Source: Chiloscyllium plagiosum
Lineage: Eukaryota
Reading direction: 5' to 3'
NCBI RefSeq assembly: GCF_004010195.1
Contig: NC_057731.1
Span: forward strand, 43,678,623 to 43,742,622
DNA length: 64,000 bases
The notes beneath the pieces are model-generated. The model had not been told where the DNA came from and ran no database searches. It saw only the letters and a list, made by a program, of their open reading frames with translations. A program made the position numbers and the translations under genes. Below, piece after piece: positions 45,238-57,200 of this stretch (position 1 is its first letter; each line of letters opens with the position of its first letter).

Positions 45238-48200
45238 CTTGTCCCCAACAGGCCAAGGAGCAGCCGAAACAACAAACAGAACAAAAACAAAACAGAGACA
45301 AGAGTCTGTCAGTCACACTCTCCCCCGCCCCCACTCCTCAGCACTTCATGTGGTCAGTGTGTGCAAACCGGCCCCTTCACTCGGCTCGCCCCTTTCCAGG
45401 AACCATTTACCCAGCAGGAACGGTCTAGCCAAGCCCGTCCCATCATCTAACTGTATCCTATATCCACGGTGACCGCCAAATGTAAATCCGTGAGGTGCTT
45501 TCAGACGTTTACAACCCGCGGCACAAAGTTTCATGTGGTCAGTGTGTGCAAACCGGCCCCTTCACTCGGCTCGCCCCTTGCCAGGAACCATTTACCCAGC
45601 AGGAACGGTCAAGCCAAGCCCGTCCCATCATCTAACTGTATCCTATATCCTCGGTGACCGCCAAATGTAAATCCGTCAGGTGCTTTCAGACGTTTACAAC
45701 CCGCGGCACAAAGTTTGAGTTTGACTGTTAAAATGTTTTCCCTCCTCCAAATCCAGTCATTTCCCCAGTTCTCTCCCTTTGAAGACCATAAGAGGTAGGA
45801 GCAAAAGCAGACCATTAAGCCCAATGGCTGATCTGATCATCTTCACTTTCCTGCCTTTTCCCATTAACCCTTGATTCCCTGATTGAATAAAAAATCTATC
45901 CCGGCCTTGACTATATCTAATGAACCAGCCTGGACAAACCCTCTGTAGTAAAGAATTCCACTGATGCACTAAATCTCTGAGAGAAGACATTCCTCATCTC
46001 TGTTAGACCAGTGACCCCTTATTCTGAGATTTTGCCCTCTGGTCTCAGACTCTCCCACAACCTGTCCATATCTAAGGTTCCATAATCTCAGTTTGTTTAA
46101 TATATTTCAGCCGCATGACACTGTAACCTTTTGCTATAAATTCTATTTCTTATGGTTCAGCTTCACAACCACCTGATGAAGGAGCAGCGCTCCTAAAGCT
46201 AGTGCTTCCAAATAAACTGTTGGACTATAACCTGGTGTTGTGTGATTTTTAACTTTGCCCACCTCAAATCCAACACCACCTCCTCCAAATCATTTCCATA
46301 TCTACCTTGTCAAGTCATCAGAGAACTTCCTAAAAATCTTATACATTTCAATAAGGTGGTCTCTCATTTTTCCATATCGAATGAGCTCAGGCCCAATCTA
46401 CTCAATCTCTCCTCATAACATTGCTTCCCCACCGCAACCCCCCCCCCCCCCCCCCATACCTGGGATCAGACTCGTGAATTGTCTTTAAACACTTTCCATT
46501 GTTCATTGAGGGAACACTTTTCAGATCCCAACTCAATTCAGTTCAAAATAACATTCACTGCATGTTCTCCCCAACCCTGCACCCTCCAACATTCCCTGTC
46601 CCTATGGCCAGTGATCCTCCTGCCATTGGAGACAGCTTCTCTTGATTTTTTTCTGCAAAACCCTTCATGATTTCCCTAGTATATTTTCTTGAGGTTTTAG
46701 GTATGAATTGTATAAATCCTCAGATGGAGAGATCCCTGCAGAGATCAGATAACCACCATCACTACCCCACAATCAGTTTCTTTAATACCACTGTGTTATG
46801 TCTCAACTGGATTTTCAGCTCTTGACATTGAACCACGGTTCATGAACTGAACTCCAGCGCCTGTCCCAGATCAGCTCTGGAGTTTCCTGCCCAGTGAAGT
46901 AGTTGTTGCTACTTCAGTAAACGTTTTTAAAGCCATGATAGATGTTTTTTGAACAATAAAGGAATGAAGGGATACGGTGAGAGGGCGGGTAAGTGGATCT
47001 GAGTCCGCAAAAAGATCGGCCGTGATCTTATTGAGTGCGGAGCAAGCCCAAAGGGCCAGTGGCCTACTCCTGCTCTTAGTTCTTATGTTCTTATGTATGA
47101 ATGAATACAAATAAAACCAGAGTACAAAACCCATAGTAGCAATGGTATTGATATCCTTTCCGATCTGGAACCCATACTCAGCTCCTACTACTGAGCAGGA
47201 GTGAATAAGGAGCAGGAGCCTGGCTGAGTGAAAGGGAATGGTTGGGGGGGTGGTGGTTAGGTTCAAGGTGGAATAAATCCTCAAAGCTAAGGGAGGAGCT
47301 GCCCAAATGGGCTGGAGATGATTTAACAGCAGATGTCATACAGGCAGGCAGATGAAAAATCATTATCGAATCAAACTGAATCAACGTAGCTTCATGAAAT
47401 GCCTGACTATTTTGTTTAGAGTTTTTCAAGGAAGAATCAACCAGAGTGGATAGAGAGGAACCAGTCGATGTGTTGCATTTGGACTTCTACAAGGAACCTC
47501 ACAAAAGGTTAAGCTACAAGATAAGAGCCCACAGTATTGGAGGTAGTACATTGGCATGGATAGAGAATTGGCCTATGGGGTAGGAAGCAGTGAGTGGGGA
47601 AAAGAGATTCTATTTCAGGTTGATGACCAGTGAGGTTCCACAAGGATCAGTAGTGGGTAAGGAAATGAATATAGCCAGATTTACAGATGACACAAAAATA
47701 GGTGGGAAAGCAGGTTGAGAGAGGGATGCAAACAGTTCAGAGATATATTGATCGGTTATTAAGTGTGCAAAAAGTTGACAAATGGAGTATAATGTGGGAA
47801 AATGCAAAGTTGTTCATTTTGGAAGCCACGACAAAAGAACAGAATATTATTTAAGTGGAGAAAAACTACAGAAAGCTGCAACACCACTTGGAGGTACTTC
47901 CACACAAAACACAGAAAGCCAGCACGTGGGTGCAGCAGGTAACCAGGAAGGCTAATGGAAGGTTGGCCCTTATTTCAAGGGGTTCAGAGTTTAAGAGTAA
48001 GGAAGTCTAACTGTAACTGTACAAGGTGCTGATGAAACCACATCTGGAGCAATGTGAACAGTTTTGATCCCCTTATTGATATCATTTCAGTGGAGGCAGT
48101 TCAAAGAAGGCTCATTAACATGATCCCTGGTATGGAGAGGTTGTCTAGTGAGCAAAACCTAAACAGGAAGGGAATCGAGTCATTGGAGTTTTAAAGAACA

Positions 48201-51200
48201 ATAGATGATCTGATTGAAATATATAGGATTCTTATGGGGGCTTGACAGGGTACATGCTGAGAGGATGTTTCCCCTCATGTGCGTGTCTATGACTAGAGGA
48301 CATAGTCTCAGAATAAAGGGGCACCAATTTAAAACTGAGTTGAGGAGGTATTTCTTGTCCTGGAGGATTGTGAGTCTTTGGAACTCCTCGCCACAGAGAA
48401 CTGTGGGGCCATAGTCCTTGCATATATTTAAGGCTGAGATAAATAGATTCTTGATTAGTTGGGGATCAAGGGCGATGGGGAAAGAGCAGGAAAGTGGACA
48501 TGATGAATGTCTGATCAGACATTATGAATGATAGGGCAGGTTCAAAGGGCCAAATGGCCAACTCCTATTTCTTATGGTCTACGGTCTTATGGTCTAAGAC
48601 AAAAACAACTTGTGTTTACATAGTACCCAAAACATCCCAAGATTCTTAAAAGAGGGTGATGGAACAAAATACCGTATAGGGAGACATTGGGTCAGGTGAT
48701 CAATAGCTTGGTCAAAGAAGTGAATCTTAAGAGCGATAGACAATCGAGAGGCAGGAGGAATTTAAGGAGGCAATTCCAGGGTTTGAGATGGAGGCACAGC
48801 CAATGGTGCAGCATTACACTCCAGGAAGTTCAAGAGGCCACACTGAGAGCACACAGAGGTCCCAGAGGATTGTAGGACTGGAGGTGATGACAGAGAAAGG
48901 GAGGGGAGAGGCCATTGGAAGATTGCAATACAGAGATGAGAACTTTAAATGTCAGGTTTTGGTGGATGGAAGGTACTCAGTGAGGACAGAAACCAAAAAG
49001 GAGAAAGTGAGGACTGCAGATGCTGGAGATCAGAGCTGAAAATGTGTTGCTGGAAAAGCGCAGCAGGTCAGGCAGCATCCAGGGAACAGGAGAATCGATG
49101 TTTCGGGCATAAGCTACAAGATAAGAGCCCACAGTATTGGAGGTAGTACATTGGCACGGATAGAGAATTGGCCTATGGGCTTATGCCCGAAACGTCGATT
49201 CTCCTGTTCCCTGGATGCTGCCTGACCTGCTGCGCTTTTCCAGCAACACATTTTCAGCACAGAAACCAAAAACACATGCAGAGGGTATGTGGACCAAAGT
49301 GCGGAAAGAGAAGTTACAAAAAAGCAGCAAATTTGAGAAGGTTGTACTGGAGATTAAGAAGCTACAGGACAGCAAGGATTCATGCACTGTGGCCAAGATG
49401 ATGGGAACATCCTAAGCAGTCCCTTTCATTTAGCTTGGAAATACTGAGCACCTACCAATAACACTGACCAATCAAGAGATGGTGGGAGAGGTGGGACAGC
49501 TCTGAAGTTAGAAGTACAATAGAATGATAGGATGATACAACATGAAGAGAGACCACTTGGTCCATCTTTGAAGAGGTAACCACACAATGCCAACAAAGCC
49601 TGGCTGTCAATCAGCATTAATAGGTGCAATCTCCATAGCAACACCTCTGACTTACAGAATTCCCTGGACAATCAATCAGCACTGTCATGCAGTATAAATT
49701 TTGGACATCTCCTTAAATGGCTATTCTTGCAGATCGTCCTGATAAGTTGAGGACAGAAAATCTTCCAGAAAATGTGTCCTTTCTCAGCAATACTTGAGAA
49801 CAATTGGGTTAGTCACAGTCTTTCTCCTGTAACCCCCCGAAACTGCTCCTCTTCAGATATTTCCTCAATTACTTCTTGAAAGTTATGATTGAATCTGCTT
49901 CTTGCTCCTGGGTGAAAAGGTTTCCTGGTGAATTTCTTGTAAAACATTGAGTAGACAGATTGGATTCAGTCCTATTACATTGTGTTAACCTTACTGGAAC
50001 ACTGGAGGAGCCTGAAGTCAGGGTGGGGGAGTGGGAACAAATATTTACAGAGTGGTGGCTTCCACCAAAATTAATTTCAAGTTACCAGTTGCTTAGCGAA
50101 TGTAGAGGAGACAGGGACAGCTGGATGATACCAATTTTTTTTATGATCATCTTCCTTCTTGTTTATTCAACTAATATTTACAAGAAATTTAATTCCCTGC
50201 CCCAGACTCAAGCTATTGCATTATTAATGTGATTGAGAGATTGATCCTATCCAAGGACTTTCAGAATTCCCAGATTCGGGGTAAGGTTACATTGGAAAAA
50301 TGTTCCGGAAGAGCTTCACACAGAGACAGAGGCACAGGACAGGAGGGAGAGAGATCCTTACACAAGGGTAGAGAGACTTGCATACACAGGGACAGGACCC
50401 TCACAAACAGGGAGAGAGACCCTCACACTCAGGGAGAGAGATTGCCACACTCAAAGACCAAAGTCTTATCAACACTCAAAAGGGACAGTGACCTTCATAA
50501 GCATGCACATGTTTATTGGGACAGAGCCCTCAAAGAGACAAATACTCACACACCCTCTTAGACACCCTGACAGACACACACATGCTCACAGACACAACAA
50601 CATCCACTCACAGACAGATAGGCTCCCTAACAGAATGACAGACACTCATACAGATTCACACACACATCCTAACAGACTGACACACCCCTTGCAGACACAC
50701 ACACCTTTTCACAGACACACACATACCCGCATAGAGACAGACACAAATCCTCACAGACACACACCCTCACAGACATCTACATCCTGACAGACACACGCAC
50801 ACCCCTGCACAGACACTCATACATCCTTACAGACATACACATCCTCACAGACATACACCTCTTCTCAGACACGCAAACACAAATCCCCACACATACACAA
50901 TCTCTTGGACACACATATACTCATGAATCCTCACAGACACACATAGAGATTTGCATATAAACAGGGACATATTACTTTTCTGTATTTAATGTCACCTATC
51001 TTAAACACATACACCTCCATTTAATTGCTACTCTGCAATTTCTATTTTGTCACAATTTATAAAAGATCCCAATGTTAGTTTCTCCCACCTGATACTCTGC
51101 AATATTGGAGTTTTGCTCTTTAATTTGTCTCTGTTTGTTTGCAAATTTCTGGCCCCAAGTTCACAGCACACTGCCATTCCAATTTAGTGTTTGTAAATTT

Positions 51201-54200
51201 GTAAATTCAACTTTCTATTCCTTCACCCAAGTCCTTAATAAATACAATGAAAAGCTGAGAGTTCCCTGCTGAACATCAATGGTCATGCTCAGGAATCAAA
51301 GTATGTGTCCTTCACCCTTGCTCTCTGTCACCAGCCTCCCTCGTCCCCATGTCACAGGGTTTGCTCCAATTCATGTTTAATAAATTTGAGTGTAGGTTAT
51401 TAAAGATCAAAGCTTTATTGTGATAAAATGAATTAACTGAAGGCACCGACTATAGCACAGTTAAGGGCTCCAGTATTATTCCAATATAATGCAGAACCCA
51501 CTGGGTGCTGGGGACTTGGGCTTGTAAATTAGCTGCACCCTTAGTCAAACTGTTCCAGTGCAACCTCGATACTGGCATGCACACACCAATTTCCCAGATA
51601 TGTCCTACCCACAAAAAGCAGGACAAAGCTAAGTCATCAATCAACTGTTGATCATCAGCAGAGTAACAGAAAGTGCTATTCAGGAGCCCTTGCACAGCAA
51701 TATGCCCAGTCTCGGTTCCACCAGGGCTACCCAGCTCCTGACCTCATAACAGTCTTGGTGCTAACATGTACGGAAGAGCTGAGCCCCAGAGGTGAGGTGA
51801 GAGTGACTGTTCTGGACATCAATGTATGTAGTTTTATTTGTTTACCGGATGTGAGTGTGGTTGGCTGTGCCAGCGTGTATTGCCCAGCCCCAGTAACCCC
51901 CAGGAAGGCGACAGTGAGCTGCCTTGCTGAACCCACCAAGCCCATGTGATGTTGGTGACCCCATAGAGCGGGTTTGAATGGGGCTCCAGGGCCGATTCCA
52001 GGGCATCTCAGCGAGACTCGGGGGCAACGGTGGGGGTGATGGGGCGGGGGCGGGGGCGGGAGGGGCTGGAGGTGGGCTGTTACTAAAGGGCTTTCCTGTT
52101 TTATTTTGATGCGATCGGGACAGTTATTCTGTGACACTCAGTCAGGACCGTTCACTCGGGCCAGAAACATGACAGTTCCCAGAATAAGGAGCGTGTCAGA
52201 GTTGCAGGACGCGAGTGAGTGAGAACTAGAGGGAAACTGGCAGAAAAATAGAAACAAGAGAGAGAGGAGGAGGAGGAAAGAGAGAATGAAGGGGACGAAA
52301 GAGAGAGAGAGCAGAGACAAAAAAAAATCCGTCAGACTTGTTCAAATCTTTTTTCGCGAGGAATTGCACCGGCTGAAGTAGAGCGGAAAGTGAACGGGGA
52401 ATGGGATCGTCCCATCCCGGGAGAGGAATAAGATTCGGTCTCTAGGATTCACCGCCTCCTGAATCCCAATGCTGCTGAAAATGTGGGGAAGTCTGACAGG
52501 TTGGCGGGCATTTGAGAGAGAGAGTGAGAGAGTTGGGGCTGTAGGAGAGGGGAGAAAGAGAGATTGGAACAGCGACAGAAAGAGAATTAAAACAGTGAGA
52601 GGGATGGAGGATGGGGGAAAGTGAAAATAGAGAGAGAGAGAGAGCGGAGAGAAATCAGCGAACAGGCAGAGACTTTACCGAAGGATAATTTTCATTTCTA
52701 GGACGGGACAGATCGAAGTCAGTGGGCAATAAGTAAGGTCACTGTGGGTCACTCTTTCTTAAAAGTGGAGGCCTGAGGATTCTGAGTCTGTCTCGCAACA
52801 AACTGTGTGAATAATTCATTCCAACGGCAGGTGGGGCTTACCCCGAGCTGGAATGAGTGGTTCACAGCGCCACGCTCACCGGGTGAACGGTCAACGTTGA
52901 TTTCAATGGCACTGAATCGCGGTTTTTAATCGAGGACTGATACAACATACAGAAAGTCCTGAATAAACTTGCAGAATGCAATTAACAAATTGACCTCACT
53001 GTGTCAGCCAGTACAGTATATTTTGGCAGGAAGAATAGGGGGTGATTTTCTTTCTCTTTTAAGGTAAACATCTGACCTTATAGACGCTTATACTGTCGCT
53101 GAAGGGGTAGGCACTGCTGCCTCGGAGCGCCAGGGACCTGGACTCGATTCCAGCCTCGGGCGACTGCGTGGAGTTTACACATCCTCCCCGTGTCTGTGTG
53201 GGTTTCCTCCCACAATCCAAACACGTGCAGGTTAGGGTGAATTGGCCAGGCTAAATTGCCCGTAGTGTTCATCATGGATGTGTAGGGTCCGTGCCTTAGT
53301 CAGGGGTAAATGATGAGCAATAGGTTCGGGGTGAGTTACTCTTCGGAGGGTCGGTGTGGACTTGGGGATTTCCACACTGTAGGGATTCTATACACAAAAA
53401 TAAAGGCGTTAATGGGAATTGTATTTTTTTCCGAGAATGAGGGATTTCAAGACGAGGGGCACAATTTTAAGGTGAGAGGAAAAAGACTTTAACACAGAAT
53501 GAACTTCCTGAGGAAGTGGTGGATGTGGGTACATTTGCCACGTTTAGAAGACATTTGGGTAAGTGTATGAACAGGAAAGGGTTTGGAGGGATATGACCCA
53601 TGCGCAGGCAGGTGGGACTAGTTTAGTTTGGGATTGTTGGCCTGAAGGGAACAGGTCTGGAAGTGCAGGATAATCAACTCACTACACGCAGTGACAGAGG
53701 TTAATAAACCCACTCAAAAAAAATACTCGGGGCTCCACTTTCAGCAAGAGACAACTGGAAAACGGGGAAAACCATAATAAACGTGCATCAACAGAAATTG
53801 CTGGAAAAGCTCAGCAGGTCTGGCAGCATCGTGGAGAGAAACCAGAATTGATCTTTCGGCTCTTCCTCAGACTCAGGGTTCTGATTTCTCTCCACAGATG
53901 CCGCCAGACCTGCTGAGCTTTTCCAGCAATGTCTGTTCTTGTTTCTGATTTGCAGCATGCAGTTCTTTCGGTTTTTAAACTTGTATCAAAATGGTTAAGA
54001 CCACACCTAGCTCTGTGAACCGCTCTAGTCTGTTATGAAAGGGATATAAAGGCATTGGGGAAAGTACGGAAAATATTGAATGGATTGGGAGCTTTTCCTT
54101 ATTAGGAAGGGCTGAGCAGCGTGGAATGCTTTTCTCTAGAGAAGGGAAGATTGAGGGGTGACTCGACTTGAGGGCTGTGAAGATTCTGAAATGTGATGTG

Positions 54201-57200
54201 GGTAAAAGTTGCTATGGTCGACCGAGGGGCCATGACCGAGGGATCGTTACTATATCCCAACCAGCACTTCAGCAGCAATGTTAAAAAGTACACCACAATA
54301 TCAGAATTTTAACTTTGTACACCCCAGTCCAACACCGGCGTCTCCAATTCAGGAGCAGTGTCTTTCCAGGAGAGTAACGAGAATGTGGAATCCGCGGTGA
54401 GAGTGAGGGAGCAGCAGGAATCAGGCAGGAACCGCGCGGAGAGCCAGCTTCTGTCTGATTGTCCCATTTACTGCCAGCATCAGCGAGGCAATGGGAACCC
54501 AGTGAGGAAATAAAGCCGAAAGGCATGGAGTGAGAGGAGACGGAGGGAGGGAGTGTGATGGGGGCGAGGGGGAGTGAGGGAGAGGAGACCGAAGGAGGGA
54601 GGGAGATTGAGAGAGGAGGGGGAAACTGAGGAGGGAGATTGCGGGTGGGAGGAAGACTGAGGGAGGGAAACTGAAGGAGGGAAGGAAACGGAGGGAGGGA
54701 GACGGAGTGCGGGAGACTGAGGGAGAGAAACTGAGGAGGAATTGAGGGAGGGAGAAGTGGTATAAAGAGGAAAAGAATGAGGGAAGGGATTGATTAAACT
54801 GTTTAGGGAATCTTGGGAAGGGATGAAATAGTTTTGGAAACTTTTACGAAAATTCCAGAAAACATAGAAAATCAAGTCATGATCACCTCATGTAAAGTTT
54901 CAGAGAGGCATGGATAGGATAAATAGACAAAGTCTTTTCCCTGGGATCGGGGAGTCCAGGATTAGAGGGCATAGGTTTAGGGTGAGAGAGAAAAGATATG
55001 AAAGGGACGTAAGGATCAACTTTTTCATGGTGTGTGTGTGTGAAATGAGCTGCCAGAGGAAGTGGTGGAGGCTGGTACAATTGCAGCATTTAAAAGGCAT
55101 CTGGATGGGTAGATGAATGGGAAGGGTTTAGAGGGATGTAGGCTAAGTGCTAGCAAATGGGACTAGATTAGGTTAGGATATCTGGTCGGCATGGATGAGT
55201 TGGACCGAAGGGTCTGTTTCCGTGCTGTACATCTCTATGACTCTAATTTCCCCCACCTCCCCACCCCCACTCTCTCAGCCTCCCCCTCCTCACCACCCCC
55301 TGATTCCATCAGTTCTGGGTTTAGCTCCTAGGTGTTATTCGGCCCTCTCTCTCTCTCTGTTGTCCCTGGACCCAGCCGTTGGTGTTTGCAGAAATCTGAG
55401 ATGAACTTGCGGTTGAATTGCAGGGAGCCGCTGGAGCAGGCAAAGTATTGAAATGTCACATTGAAACGAGCCGAAACTCCCGGGTCTGGGGCTTAAAGCT
55501 CATCTCTCCCGTTAGGACCTTGCTGTCCACTGGGCCGGGGTCTCTCACTCAGAGGACCCCACTTCCTGCAAATAGAGAGAAATCCTTCACACTGTTCACT
55601 CGGACCTTGGTGAATGTAGTTGGGATGTAGCGGTGAGAGATCAGCACCTTCACATTATGTGATCAGCTGAAAATAATTGCGCTTTGATAACGTTTCATTT
55701 TTCCCAAGATTTTTTTTCCCAGGAGCGGGAATTTGTTTGGAAAAGCTCTCCTCGTTTATTCGCATCCCATTTAATAATTAGTTTCAAAATGTTGGGGAAA
55801 TTAATTCCGATGTAAGGAAAAATTCAGGTGGCTATAAGAAGGAAGGGAGGGCAGAGTCGGTGCCTAGGGACAGAGTCGAACGTTACGGCTTTGGGGAATG
55901 GCTGGGTTTTAGGGACAGAGAGAGAGAGCTAAACAGAGACAGAGAGAGACAGAGACAGTAGCGTACTGAATTCCCAGGCAACCGACTCTGAGGAGCTTCA
56001 GTTATCCCTGAATATTTACCCAGCTCCCCCCTCCCTTAGCGCTCCCCACATTTCACCGCAGCCACTGTCTATGCCCGTTGTAAACTGCTGACCATCTTAC
56101 CCCCATGGCCCAGAGAGTTTGTCTTTACCACAAGCGGAGGCATCGCCCCTTATTTCACCCTGTCCTGTCCTCGGTCTGCTCCCTTTTGTTGCAAAATACA
56201 TTTTCCAGGGAAGTTTGTGGAACTTATTCTTTTACATCAAGAAACGATTCGAGATCTGGATATGTATTCTGTTGGCATTATCTTTATGAAGGTTCTGTTC
56301 CTTACTGCGTGTCATTATAATGAGAGCACTCAGTTCCGGGAGGGCTGGAGAGGTCTATGCAAGATTTGATCCTAATTATTGTACCTTCCTACCGTTCCAT
56401 TCTGGGCCAGGAGCGGCGAATCCAAGTGTTTGAGTTATTTTCTGTGGTGTTTTTAGTGAGTTGTGTAACTGTGTATCCCAAGGCTGCCCCATTTACACTC
56501 ATTATTTCCCAAACAACCGGTTCAATTGGCCACCTCGCACTTACCTGTGTTAAAGCCAATTAGAACAGTCACATTGCTCTTGTGGAAGTCAATAACGTGT
56601 CTTATTGAAAAGGGTTGGCAAGGGGAGAGATGTGGGGAGAGGGGGAGAGGCAGAGAGCGGGGTTGGGGTCCAGGGTGGGGCGGCATGGTGGCTCAGTGGT
56701 TAGCACTGCTGCCTCACAGCACCAGGGTCCCAGGTTCGATTCCAGCCTCGGGCGACACACACTGTGTGGAGTTTGCACGTTCTCCTCGTGAATGCGTGGG
56801 GTTTCCTCCCACAATCCAAAGATGTGAATCCAGGTAGAATTGGCCATGCTAAATTACACCATAGCGTTAGGTGCATTAGTCAAAGGGAAATGGGTTTGGG
56901 TGGGTTACTCTTCGGAGGGCTGGTTGGGCCGAAGGGCCTGTTTCCACACTATAGGGAATCTAATCTGTAGCAATGGGAAGGCCGCCTGATCTCACCCTCA
57001 CTCCCCACCTACCTCCACTTGGTCCGCCGGTTCTGAAACCACGTTTTGACTTGAGCGTCGGTCATTTTCAAAGCTTTGGCCAACGCTGCTCTCTCGGCTG
57101 AGGCCAGGTATTTCTGGCGGTGAAACCGTTTCTCCAACTCGCAGATCTGTAGTCGGGTAAAGGAAGTACGGGGCTTCTTCTTTTTCGGTGGAGTTCTGTT

